64,000 bases of DNA, from positions 5,937 to 69,936 of the forward strand of contig JBBSTD010000014.1 of assembly GCA_038236215.1 (NCBI GenBank), given 5' to 3'. The position numbers and the translations under genes are program-made. Under the pieces are notes generated by a model that saw only the letters and a program-made list of their open reading frames with translations, ran no database searches and was not told the DNA's origin. This document shows positions 49,450-58,845 of the stretch, piece by piece. How positions within the stretch are numbered: position 1 is the first letter of the stretch; each line of letters opens with the position of its first letter. The stretch is from Cytophagales bacterium. GTDB lineage: Bacteria > Bacteroidota > Bacteroidia > Cytophagales > Spirosomataceae.

Positions 49450-50604
49450 ATGATTACTCACCTGTTTAAATTAATCTGGAACAAAAAGAAAAGCCACTCC
49501 CTGATGATTGTAGAAATCTGGGCGTCGTTCATGGTGCTTTTTGGACTAACCACGTTGATAGTTGTCAACGTCGGGAATTATAGAAAACCCTTAGGCTTTA
49601 CGTATGAAAACGTATGGTCAGTCAGTTTGAGAAACAACCAGGACACGACGGAGGTGGCGGATAAGATACAGCGTATCCTACAACGGCTGAAGGTGTATCC
49701 TGACGTAGAATCCGCGTCCCGGATGAGTAGTAACTATCCCTTCTCCTCCAATCAGACGGGCAATAATATCGAACATAATAAGCGAAAAGTAGGTGCCGAC
49801 CTATATGCTACTGACGAAGATTTTGCCAAAACACTCGATATGTCCTTAGCTGTCGGGAAGTGGTACCGAAACGCGGACAGTGTTGGCAAGTATACTCCCA
49901 TTGTCATAAACCAGAAGGCGAGAGAAGGATTATTTGCAGATGAAAATCCGCTGGGAAAAGTTGTTAGTGATAAGTTTAAGGTTGTGGGTGTGGTAAATAC
50001 GTTCAAAGCGAAGGGCGAATTTATGACCGACAAGCCCGCTATGTTTGAATTATTAAAAGCCGACCAGCCCTGGTATGATACCATACTGATTAAAGTAAAG
50101 CCAGGTACCGATGCTGCTTTTGAAGCCAAATTAGTAAAGGAGATTGCCACTATGGTAAAAGGCTGGAACGTAGAAGTCGACTATTTGACTGATTCCCGGA
50201 AAAATCAGCATAACCTTGTCTTGGTTCCCATCATTATTGCCTCGATTGTATCGGGCTTTCTGCTCATCAACGTAGCCCTCGGCCTATTCGGCGTGCTGAA
50301 CTTGAGCATTGCTCGCCGGAGGGGGGAGATTGGCCTTCGTCGGGCTTTGGGGGCTACAGGAAGTGGTATATCCACGCAGTTTATTGGTGAAATTTGGGTG
50401 CTGGCTACCTTTGCCCTATTGATCGGACTCCTGTTTGCTGCCCAGTTTCCGTTGCTAAAGGTGTTTGATCTGCCTCCCGATATTTACCTGACCGCCATTG
50501 GCATCTCAATTATTATCATCTACGGAATTGTCACCCTCTGCGCCCTGTTCCCCAGCCAATTGGCGGCAAGGGTGCAACCCGCCACGGCCTTGCACGAAGA
50601 GTAG
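49450..50604 (+). CDS. ABC permease (MacB/FtsX family), second subunit
   Basis: KLIWNKKK and RRGEIGLRRALGA motifs. Confidence 0.88.
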   Translation: MITHLFKLIWNKKKSHSLMIVEIWASFMVLFGLTTLIVVNVGNYRKPLGFTYENVWSVSLRNNQDTTEVADKIQRILQRLKVYPDVESASRMSSNYPFSSNQTGNNIEHNKRKVGADLYATDEDFAKTLDMSLAVGKWYRNADSVGKYTPIVINQKAREGLFADENPLGKVVSDKFKVVGVVNTFKAKGEFMTDKPAMFELLKADQPWYDTILIKVKPGTDAAFEAKLVKEIATMVKGWNVEVDYLTDSRKNQHNLVLVPIIIASIVSGFLLINVALGLFGVLNLSIARRRGEIGLRRALGATGSGISTQFIGEIWVLATFALLIGLLFAAQFPLLKVFDLPPDIYLTAIGISIIIIYGIVTLCALFPSQLAARVQPATALHEE

Positions 50605-50687
50605 AGACCGCACCGGCGGACCGGCAATACCTTGCGTCTCCTGTGCGTCAGCCCTCTGTGTCCAACACGCGTCAGTAAGAAAACAGA

Positions 50688-52094
50688 ATGATGCCCAAAA
50701 ACCATCCGGCGTATGAGACGCAAAGTATTGCGTCTCTACTAATCATCGACGACGATATCGCCATACAAACCTCGCTTTCTCTGCTGTTTCGCAAAGAGGG
50801 ATTTGCCGTGCGCGTAGCCGATGGGCCGTTCGATACATTCGAGGTGCTGGCCGAAGAAGCGCCCGAACTAATTCTGCTCGACATGAATTTTTCGGTAGAT
50901 ACCTCCGGTGATGATGGCCTGCGGTTGCTACGCCGGATTCGGGAGCGATTGCCCGTCGTGCCCATTATCCTGATTACGGGCTGGGGTAGTATTGAACTGG
51001 CGGTGGAGGGTATGAAGGCCGGGGCAAAGGATTTTATTACCAAACCCTGGCAGAATGATTACCTCGTGCAGTCGGTGCGGACGGCGTTGAAGCTGGCGCA
51101 AACGGCACCGGCATCACCCAGTCGCCGGAAACTCGACCAGCAGTACCGGTTCGATAACATCGTGGGCGAAGACCCGAACCTGCTGGAAATTCTGACCACC
51201 ATCGGGCGCGTAGCCCCTACCGATGCGCCGGTGCTTATAACGGGCGAAAGCGGCACGGGTAAAGAACTCATTGCCGAAGCCATTCACCAGAATAGCCGCC
51301 GAAAGCATCAGCCGTTTGTGAAGGTCAACCTCGGCGGTATTTCGTCATCTCTGTTCGAGAGTGAATTGTTTGGTCACGTGCGCGGGGCCTTCACCGATGC
51401 CAAAACCGACCGCACTGGTCGTTTCGAACTGGCAAACAGGGGCAGTATCTTTTTAGACGAAATCGGTGATCTGGACCCGGCTTCGCAAGTGAAGCTTTTG
51501 CGGGTGTTGCAGGACCGAACGTTTGAACCGCTGGGTAGCAGCAAATCCCGAACTGTGGATGTGCGGGTTATCTGCGCCACGAACCGAGACCTGGACGAGA
51601 TGGTACGTACCGGCCAGTTTCGCGAAGACCTGTTTTACCGCATCAACCTCATCACCGTTCGCTTGCCCGCCCTCCGCGAACGGCCCGGTGACATTCCGCT
51701 ACTGGTCAGCTACTTTGTCAATAATCTGAAGACCATCTACAACCGGCCCGATTTGCGGGTGAGCGCAGCCGCGCAGAAATGGCTCAAAAACCTGCCATTG
51801 CCGGGCAATATCCGGCAGTTGAAAAACGGCGTCGAACGAACGGTTCTCTTATCGCTTACCGACGGACTACAACAGGAAGATTTTGAGCGCAACCTGACCA
51901 CCACTATCCCCGCCCCGCGCGCCCTACCCGACGTTGGTAGTATAACGCTCGAAGAAATGGAATATCAGATGATCGTAAAGGCGATGACTTATCATCAGAA
52001 CCGGGTAACGAAAGTGGCGCGGGCACTCGGCATCACCCGCTTTGCGCTTTACCGCCGATTGGAGAAGTTTGGTATTTCATATACCGAGGAATAG
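50688..52094 (+). CDS. NtrC-type sigma54 response regulator (GAFTDA variant)
   Basis: Receiver domain (IIDDD, LLDMNF), GESGTGKE, ESELFGHVRGAFTDA, C-terminal HTH. Confidence 0.92.
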   Translation: MMPKNHPAYETQSIASLLIIDDDIAIQTSLSLLFRKEGFAVRVADGPFDTFEVLAEEAPELILLDMNFSVDTSGDDGLRLLRRIRERLPVVPIILITGWGSIELAVEGMKAGAKDFITKPWQNDYLVQSVRTALKLAQTAPASPSRRKLDQQYRFDNIVGEDPNLLEILTTIGRVAPTDAPVLITGESGTGKELIAEAIHQNSRRKHQPFVKVNLGGISSSLFESELFGHVRGAFTDAKTDRTGRFELANRGSIFLDEIGDLDPASQVKLLRVLQDRTFEPLGSSKSRTVDVRVICATNRDLDEMVRTGQFREDLFYRINLITVRLPALRERPGDIPLLVSYFVNNLKTIYNRPDLRVSAAAQKWLKNLPLPGNIRQLKNGVERTVLLSLTDGLQQEDFERNLTTTIPAPRALPDVGSITLEEMEYQMIVKAMTYHQNRVTKVARALGITRFALYRRLEKFGISYTEE

Positions 52095-52100
52095 GAGCAC

Positions 52101-52171
52101 GTACCCTGGACGGCCACGTCCGGGTGACTATTGTTTTCTGAGAAATACCCGGACGTGGCCGTCCAGGATAC
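52101..52171. repeat. REP doublet, GTATCCTGGACGKCCACGTCCGGGT family (copy 2)
   Basis: Inverted 25-mers at 52101-52125 and 52147-52171 with one mismatch; lies between the regulator and kinase genes. Confidence 0.88.
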
Positions 52172-52180
52172 AAATTCCTC

Positions 52181-53479
52181 ATGCACCTTTCTTTCCGCGT
52201 ACGCTACTTACTCTACATCGGCATCCTTCATCTGGTGCTGGGTGGGCTGCTATACTTGTTGCTACGGGAAAACAAAGTCTGGTTTATTGGTAGTGAAATT
52301 GGCATACTCCTTTCGTTGGGCGTTGCAGTGCGATTATACCAGCAGTTCCGGCAACCGTCGGAGTTTGTCGCGTCGGGTATCGAAGCCATTCAGGATAAGG
52401 ACTTTACCGTTAAATTCGTGCCCACGGGCAACTGGGAGGTAGACCAGTTGGTAACGGTGTATAACCTGATGATCGACCAGCTTCGGCAGGAGCGTACCCG
52501 GCAGGTGGAGCAGCAGTTCTTTCTGGATAAACTCATCGAAGCCGCGCCCATTGCCATCCTGATCTTTGATTTCGACAACCGGATTGCCTCCGTCAACCCC
52601 AAAGCCAGTCAGTTACTATCCGTAAAACCCGCCGACGTAATCGGTAAAGAATTGGCTGATCTGGGTTATTCCCTCCTGGCGCAGGTGGCCGACCTGGCCG
52701 ATGGCGGCTCGCGGGTGATGAAGCCCAACGGGCTGGAAACCTACAAAGTGCTGCGGGCTAATTTTATGGATCGGGGATTCCGGCGGTCGTTCCTGCTGAT
52801 TGAGGAACTAACCCCGGAGATACTTATCACCGAAAAGAAAGCCTATAGCAAAGTAATTCGGATGATGGCGCACGAGGTGAACAACTCCATCGGGGCCGTC
52901 AACTCGATTCTGGACAGTAGCCGTGCGTACGTGGACGACCCCGATATTCAGCATGCCATCACTGTGGCCATGCAGCGCAACGACCGGCTGAACCGCTTCA
53001 TGCGTCGATTTGCCGACGTGGTGCGGTTGCCACTACCCCAAAAACAACTGAAAGATGTCAGTGAACTGGTTCGTAATGTGGTATGGCTGATGCAGCCGCA
53101 GGCCGAGGGACGGGGTGTTTCGCTCCGGTCCGACGTGGATACCAGTAATAACCAGCTCATTGACGTAGAGCAGATGGAGCAGGTACTGGTGAACGTCGTA
53201 AAAAATGCGCTCGAAGCCTGCGAGCCGGGGCAACAAGTTGCCCTTGTCAGCCGGATTGATTACCTGCTTATCCGCAACAACGGCCAGCCTATCCCGACCG
53301 ATATTGCCGCGAACCTGTTCAATCCGTTTTACAGCACCAAAGCCGAAGGCCAGGGGATAGGCCTGACCCTGAGCCGCGAGATTCTGCTGAATCACCAGTT
53401 TCCTTTTTCACTTAAAACCAACGACGACGGCTGGACTGAATTTCGGATCGAGTTTGTGCCGCACGCACTAATTTCCTGA
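52181..53479 (+). CDS. Sensor histidine kinase (HAMP/PAS)
   Basis: Two TM helices; MAHEVNNS H-box; NVVKNA; FYSTKAEGQGIGL. Confidence 0.9.
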   Translation: MHLSFRVRYLLYIGILHLVLGGLLYLLLRENKVWFIGSEIGILLSLGVAVRLYQQFRQPSEFVASGIEAIQDKDFTVKFVPTGNWEVDQLVTVYNLMIDQLRQERTRQVEQQFFLDKLIEAAPIAILIFDFDNRIASVNPKASQLLSVKPADVIGKELADLGYSLLAQVADLADGGSRVMKPNGLETYKVLRANFMDRGFRRSFLLIEELTPEILITEKKAYSKVIRMMAHEVNNSIGAVNSILDSSRAYVDDPDIQHAITVAMQRNDRLNRFMRRFADVVRLPLPQKQLKDVSELVRNVVWLMQPQAEGRGVSLRSDVDTSNNQLIDVEQMEQVLVNVVKNALEACEPGQQVALVSRIDYLLIRNNGQPIPTDIAANLFNPFYSTKAEGQGIGLTLSREILLNHQFPFSLKTNDDGWTEFRIEFVPHALIS

Positions 53480-53548
53480 TTCACCAAACCCCGGAAGGCA
53501 TTAAGCAGTTACTATCCCCTGTATACAGTTCAGTAAACAGGAGACGTA

Positions 53549-53938
53549 ATGAAAGATAAAACTGCCAGAAAAATAGCCAGAATCGTTTTGGGGGGCACCC
53601 TGATTTTTGCCGGTATAAGCCACATGACCTTTGCCCGAAAAGCGTTCAAAGCCCAGGTTCCGGACTGGATTCCGTTGCCAATTGATGACACGGTCGTGTA
53701 TTCGGGTATCGCCGAAATAGCGTTGGGCAGTGCGCTGGTACTAACTAACAAGAAACAGCAGAAAACAGTGGGGAAAATAGCCGCCACGTTCTTTACGGCC
53801 ATATTTCCGGGTAATATCTCCCAGTACGTCAACAAACGCAGTGCGTTTGGACTGGACACCGATGGCAAGCGTCTGGGACGTTTGTTTTTCCAGCCTCTGC
53901 TCGTTTACTGGGCGTTGAAAAGTACTAAAAATCTGTAG
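53549..53938 (+). CDS. DoxX-like membrane protein
   Basis: AGISHM, SGIAEIALG, IFPGNI, RLFFQP. Confidence 0.75.
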   Translation: MKDKTARKIARIVLGGTLIFAGISHMTFARKAFKAQVPDWIPLPIDDTVVYSGIAEIALGSALVLTNKKQQKTVGKIAATFFTAIFPGNISQYVNKRSAFGLDTDGKRLGRLFFQPLLVYWALKSTKNL

Positions 53939-54001
53939 AGAACAATGGCTCAGAAGCTAAAAATGAGCCTGATAGTCCTGGAGCATTAATAGCCGGTTTG
54001 C

Positions 54002-54061
54002 TTTGACTGAGGCTAACACAGCGTTATATTTGTGAAGATATAACGCTGTGTTAGCCTCAGT
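54002..54061 (+). promoter_or_regulatory. mod operon promoter inside a perfect 24-bp inverted repeat containing a ModE-type box
   Basis: Arms at 54006-54029 and 54038-54061; core CGTTATAT-N8-ATATAACG; -33 TTTG at 54002-54005; -7 TATATTTG at 54025-54032 (19-nt spacer). Confidence 0.75.
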
Positions 54062-54074
54062 TAGGTAACCATGT

Positions 54075-54590
54075 ATGAACAACCGGAGCGTAACCATCGG
54101 GTTTGACCGCTGGATTTACATTAGTCTGATCACTCTTCTTTGCGCCGTCCCGATCAGAGGGCGGGCGCAAACCGCACTGACTATCTCCGGCGAAGTAACG
54201 AAGCCGATGACACTACAGGCAGTTGAGGTGAAAAACATGCCTCATATCGAGGTGACGGCCAAAGACCACGATGGCAAAGACCACCAGTACTCGGGTATTC
54301 CACTTGTTGAGTTACTTAAACAGGCAGGAACCACGCTGGGGGGCGAACTGAGAGGGAAAAACCTGCGAAAGTTTGTGCTGGTTAAAGGAGCAGACGACTA
54401 TGAGGTGCTGTTCGCACTTCCCGAACTCGATCCTGAATTTACTACCCAGACTATTATCCTGGCCGATGCGGTAGATGGCGCACCGCTGGTGCCGGGCGTT
54501 GGGCCGTACCGGGTGGTCGTACCGGTCGAGAAAAGACCCACTCGCTGGGTTCGGAACGTAAAATCAATCGAGGTGCGATTGGCTCCCTGA
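54075..54590 (+). CDS. Secreted molybdopterin-oxidoreductase-fold protein lacking the Mo-ligating Cys
   Basis: LTISGEV, YSGIPLVELL, GPYRVVVP, RWVRNVKSIEV; the only Cys is in the signal region. Confidence 0.65.
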   Translation: MNNRSVTIGFDRWIYISLITLLCAVPIRGRAQTALTISGEVTKPMTLQAVEVKNMPHIEVTAKDHDGKDHQYSGIPLVELLKQAGTTLGGELRGKNLRKFVLVKGADDYEVLFALPELDPEFTTQTIILADAVDGAPLVPGVGPYRVVVPVEKRPTRWVRNVKSIEVRLAP

Positions 54591-54621
54591 GTTGACCGGC
54601 ATAAAACGAATGCCATCACGC

Positions 54622-55371
54622 ATGAAAAAGCTACTCATTCTACTCATTATCCTGCCCCTAACGCTGTTAGGTCAGCCGAAACCCCTACGGGTAGCGGTGG
54701 CTGCCAATGCCCAGTTTGTGATGGATCAACTGAAGGTAGCTTTCCAGAAAAAGACGGGTACGTCGATGGAATTGATTGTTAGTTCATCCGGTAAACTGAC
54801 CACCCAGATTCAACAGGGCGCTCCGTACGACGTTTTTCTGTCGGCCGATATGACCTATCCTCAAACGCTGTACAATGCAGGATTGACAACAGCCGCACCG
54901 ATGGTGTATGCTTACGGCTCGCTGGTACTCTGGACACTGGGTAGCCTGCCTCTTACTGCCGATTTAAAGGTATTGTCGGACCCTACCGTTCGGCATATCG
55001 CCATTGCTAATCCGGCTACGGCTCCCTACGGCGAAGCGGCCGTTTCGTTCCTGAAATACCGGAAACAACTGGACCCGGTAAAACCTAAAATCGTGTATGG
55101 CGAAAGTGTCGCGCAGGTGAATCAATACGTGTTAACGGGGGCCGCCGAGGTAGGGTTTACGGCCAAATCGGTGGTGCTCGACCCTAGTCTCAAGCAACGT
55201 GGGCGCTGGATTGACCTCCCCGCCACGGGGTATTCGCCCATTGCGCAGGGTGTCGTTATCCTGAAGCGAACGAGTCAGCTACCGGCGGCCCGGCAGTTTG
55301 TGCAGTTTTTGCGTAGTCCGGATGCCCGTCGTATTTTGCAACAGTTCGGCTACCGTTCGCCCACTTCCTGA
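54622..55371 (+). CDS. modA: Molybdate ABC transporter substrate-binding protein
   Basis: VAVAAN, SSGKLTTQIQQGAPYDVFLSAD, IANPATAPYG, YGESVAQ. Confidence 0.93.
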   Translation: MKKLLILLIILPLTLLGQPKPLRVAVAANAQFVMDQLKVAFQKKTGTSMELIVSSSGKLTTQIQQGAPYDVFLSADMTYPQTLYNAGLTTAAPMVYAYGSLVLWTLGSLPLTADLKVLSDPTVRHIAIANPATAPYGEAAVSFLKYRKQLDPVKPKIVYGESVAQVNQYVLTGAAEVGFTAKSVVLDPSLKQRGRWIDLPATGYSPIAQGVVILKRTSQLPAARQFVQFLRSPDARRILQQFGYRSPTS

Positions 55372-55389
55372 TTTTACACCCACTAGCTC

Positions 55390-56055
55390 ATGCCCATCGA
55401 CTGGGACCCTATCTGGCTAACGTTACGACTGGCTGGCATCACCACCGTATTACTGCTGTTGATTAGTGTTCCGCTGGCGGGGTGGCTGGCCCTGAGTCGG
55501 TTCCGGCTTAAACCGGTGGTGGAAGCTTTCATTAGCCTTCCGCTGGTATTGCCGCCCTCGGTAGTGGGGTTTTACCTGCTTCTCGCATTCAGTCCTACCA
55601 GTGCGTTTGGTGCGTGGTTGCTGCAAACGGTCAATCTGCAACTGGTCTTTTCGTTCGAGGGACTGGTGGTAGCATCACTGATATACAGTTTGCCGTTTAT
55701 GGTGCATCCCGTTCAGGCGGGGCTGGAAAACTTGCCCGCTTCCTGGCGTGAAGCTTCGTACACACTGGGGCAGTCGCCCGTCAGGACGCTGGTTCGGGTG
55801 TTGTTGCCCAACTGTAAACCGGCCCTGCTAACGGGTATCGTGCTGACGTTTGCCCACACCATTGGCGAGTTTGGGCTGGTGCTGATGATAGGCGGGAACC
55901 TGCCCGACCAGACCCGAGTGGCGTCTATCGCGATTTATGACGAGGTCGAACTCTTGCACTTTGATACAGCCCACGCCTATGCTGCCTTGTTGCTGGCGAT
56001 TTCTTTCGCTATCCTGCTGCTGGTGTATGGCATCAATAAACGTGTAACGGTATGA
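55390..56055 (+). CDS. modB: Molybdate ABC transporter permease
   Basis: LPLVLPPSVVGFYLL, FAHTIGEFG, GGNLP. Confidence 0.93.
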   Translation: MPIDWDPIWLTLRLAGITTVLLLLISVPLAGWLALSRFRLKPVVEAFISLPLVLPPSVVGFYLLLAFSPTSAFGAWLLQTVNLQLVFSFEGLVVASLIYSLPFMVHPVQAGLENLPASWREASYTLGQSPVRTLVRVLLPNCKPALLTGIVLTFAHTIGEFGLVLMIGGNLPDQTRVASIAIYDEVELLHFDTAHAYAALLLAISFAILLLVYGINKRVTV

Positions 56056-56900
56056 TTCAGATTGGTGTCGTTTTGCCCCGTTTGTTTGCCGAAGGAGCCA
56101 CCGAACTTCAGGTACAGGTTGCGCTGGAATCTGGTAGTTTAACGGCACTGGTCGGCCCCTCTGGTTCCGGAAAAACAACCTTGCTGCGGTTGTTGGCTGG
56201 ATTGGAAACGCCCCGCACTGGCCGAATTACGGTCGATGAGGCCGTGTGGTTTGATAAAAAAGAGGGAATCAACTGGTTGCCTCAGCAACGCTCCATCGGC
56301 TACGTGTTTCAGGATACGGCCCTCTTTCCGAACATGACCGTACGGGAAAATGTCACCTACGCAGCTCCGAAGGATCAGTTTGACTTTGTAAATGAGTTGA
56401 TAGAAGGTACTGGTCTGGAGCCGTTTGTCGATCAGAAACCTGGCCGCCTGTCGGGGGGGCAGCGGCAGCGGGTGGCACTGGCCCGCGCGCTGGTGCGACG
56501 ACCAAAGCTTCTGTTGCTGGATGAACCCTTTGCCGCGCTGGATGCTCAATCCAGTCAGCAATTACAGCAGGTGCTGGTGAAACTCCATCAGCGGTGGCAA
56601 ACGACCACGTTGTTAGTTAGTCACCATGATGCGGATGTTCAGGCACTGGCCGACCGGGTTATTCGCCTGGTGGAAGGCCACATTCAATCGGATGAACTAA
56701 TCGTAAACCGTCCGATTGACCCATTGATGCAGGAGCGCATTACGCAGATTGAATACGATGAAAACCGACAACACTGGGTCATCGAAACAACCAATTCACG
56801 GCTGCAATCCGTCATCCCTGCCTGGGGTCAACTCAAGGTAGGTGATATATTACAGCTAGCGGGGATAACGCAGGAGATGAGTGTGGATAGAGGTGTTTAA
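56052..56900 (+). CDS. modC: Molybdate ABC transporter ATP-binding protein
   Basis: GPSGSGKT, VFQDTALFPNM, LSGGQRQR, LLLDEPF. Confidence 0.88.
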   Translation: MIQIGVVLPRLFAEGATELQVQVALESGSLTALVGPSGSGKTTLLRLLAGLETPRTGRITVDEAVWFDKKEGINWLPQQRSIGYVFQDTALFPNMTVRENVTYAAPKDQFDFVNELIEGTGLEPFVDQKPGRLSGGQRQRVALARALVRRPKLLLLDEPFAALDAQSSQQLQQVLVKLHQRWQTTTLLVSHHDADVQALADRVIRLVEGHIQSDELIVNRPIDPLMQERITQIEYDENRQHWVIETTNSRLQSVIPAWGQLKVGDILQLAGITQEMSVDRGV

Positions 56901-56989
56901 GGTGCTGATTTATAGATAGTTGTTCATTTTTATTGCTGAACTATTGGCACGGTAGGTATGTTTTATAGTAGCAACCTACTTGTCCGTTT

Positions 56990-58042
56990 ATGCCCGACTT
57001 TAATCCCTCGTTGATTCTGTATACCGCCGACGCGCTTAACGAACGGGGCGAAGCGGTACTAACCCGTTTTCCGGATGCTGAAACGTTACAGGTTAGGCAG
57101 CATAACCGGTTGCCGGAGTTGGGGATGAACCACTTCAAGGTCAAATCCGATGTGCTGGTGCTGGGCAAACTCAAAACGCAGGACATAAAATGGAGTGGCC
57201 GGAGTTCGGATTACATCGCGCCGAGTCTGGCCAACGGCTGTTTCGGTGCCTGCACCTACTGTTACGTGGACCGGCACAAAAACGTGAATCCCATTACGCT
57301 GTTCACCAACATTGATGAGAATCTGGCGAGCATTGATGCCCACGTGAACGCCCTGGACTGGCCTAAACCCGCTAACCAAACGGACCCGGCCTACTGGACG
57401 TACGATATTGGCTGTAATTCCGATATATCGATTGACTATGGCCTGACGGATGGTATTGAGCAGGTATTTTCCTTTTACCGCGACCATCCCCGTGCCAAGG
57501 CTACGTTTGCCACCAAATTTGTGAATCCCGCCCTGCTCGATTTTAACCCACACCGCAAAGTACGCATCCGGTTTAGCCTGATGCCCAGTCACGTGAGCAA
57601 GCTGGTGGATGTGCGTACCGACAGTATCGAAAAGCGGCTGGTGGCTATCAATGATTTTTACGACGCGGGCTACGAGGTACACGTCAATTTCTCCCCCGTT
57701 ATCGTGTATAGTGGCCCCGACGGCGACCCGAAAGCGTGGCGTCATGACTACCGCGACCTGTTTCGCCAGCTCGAAGCGGCCGTTCGGCCCGATGTGCGGG
57801 CGCAGCTTCAGTGCGAAGTTATTTTCCTGACCCACAACCAGGGGCAGCATCAGGCAAACCTGGCTATCAACCCGAAAGCAGAAGAACTACTATGGGTACC
57901 CGAATTGCAAGAAAGTAAAGTCAGTCAGTTTGGGGGCTGGAATATTCGGTATAAGCACCAGTTGAAACGCCAGATGATTCAGGTATTTCAGCGGATGGTG
58001 CAGGAGGAAATACCCTGGTGTACCATTCGCTATATTTTTTAA
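56990..58042 (+). CDS. Spore photoproduct lyase-family radical SAM protein
   Basis: GCFGACTYCY (CxxxCxxC), DIGCNSD, FATKFVN, RIRFSLMP, HVNFSPVI. Confidence 0.8.
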   Translation: MPDFNPSLILYTADALNERGEAVLTRFPDAETLQVRQHNRLPELGMNHFKVKSDVLVLGKLKTQDIKWSGRSSDYIAPSLANGCFGACTYCYVDRHKNVNPITLFTNIDENLASIDAHVNALDWPKPANQTDPAYWTYDIGCNSDISIDYGLTDGIEQVFSFYRDHPRAKATFATKFVNPALLDFNPHRKVRIRFSLMPSHVSKLVDVRTDSIEKRLVAINDFYDAGYEVHVNFSPVIVYSGPDGDPKAWRHDYRDLFRQLEAAVRPDVRAQLQCEVIFLTHNQGQHQANLAINPKAEELLWVPELQESKVSQFGGWNIRYKHQLKRQMIQVFQRMVQEEIPWCTIRYIF

Positions 58043-58134
58043 CGTGAGGCTCAGCCAGTTTCCCATCTTACACGGAAAACCCCGAACCGAATACCGTAAA
58101 CAATAAATCGTTACTGCTTATCTTTGGGGTAGTT

Positions 58135-58845
58135 ATGAAAGCGAAATCTACCCCGAAAGCGGCCTTTACGGCCCCTACATTGACATTCATGCGTGACCTG
58201 GTTACTAACAATAACCGGGAGTGGTTTCACGAAAATCGCCCTCGTTATGAGGCTGCCAAAGCCGAACTTCTTGCCGTGGTGGAGCGGGTGCTGGCGGGGT
58301 TGAGTCCGGTTGAACCGCTGGCCAATACCGCCGTAAAAGACTGTGTCTTTCGGATTAACCGCGATATTCGATTCGCCAAAGATAAATCTCCGTATAAATC
58401 GAATCTGGCGTTTGCCATCGGTCCGGGTGGGCGGCACTCCGGCCGAATTGATTACTACGTGCATATCCAGCCGGGCAACAAATCGTTTCTGGGGGCGGGG
58501 ATGTGGAATCCCACTCCCGCTAATCTGGCCAAGTTCCGGCAGGAGGTAGATTACAATGCCGCCGAATTAAAGATTATCATTGAAGCCGACGCGTTTAAAT
58601 CGTATTTCCCCGAAGCATCCGGCGAGGTAATGAAAACAACGCCTAAGGGCTACCCTGCGGACCATCCCGAAATAGAATTGCTGCGCCGGAAGGAATTATT
58701 CTTCATGCATCGCTATACGGATAAAGACGTGCTGAAACCTAATTTTGCCGATGATCTTGTACAGGGTTGCCTGATTATAAAACCCTATTGCGATCTGTTA
58801 AACTATCTCTTTTTCGACGAGAAAGAGGAAGGTGTCACGTTTTAA
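58135..58845 (+). CDS. DUF2461 family protein
   Basis: NNNREWFHEN, FRINRDIRFAKDKSPYK, YYVHIQPG; TATCTTTG at 58119-58126. Confidence 0.85.
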   Translation: MKAKSTPKAAFTAPTLTFMRDLVTNNNREWFHENRPRYEAAKAELLAVVERVLAGLSPVEPLANTAVKDCVFRINRDIRFAKDKSPYKSNLAFAIGPGGRHSGRIDYYVHIQPGNKSFLGAGMWNPTPANLAKFRQEVDYNAAELKIIIEADAFKSYFPEASGEVMKTTPKGYPADHPEIELLRRKELFFMHRYTDKDVLKPNFADDLVQGCLIIKPYCDLLNYLFFDEKEEGVTF

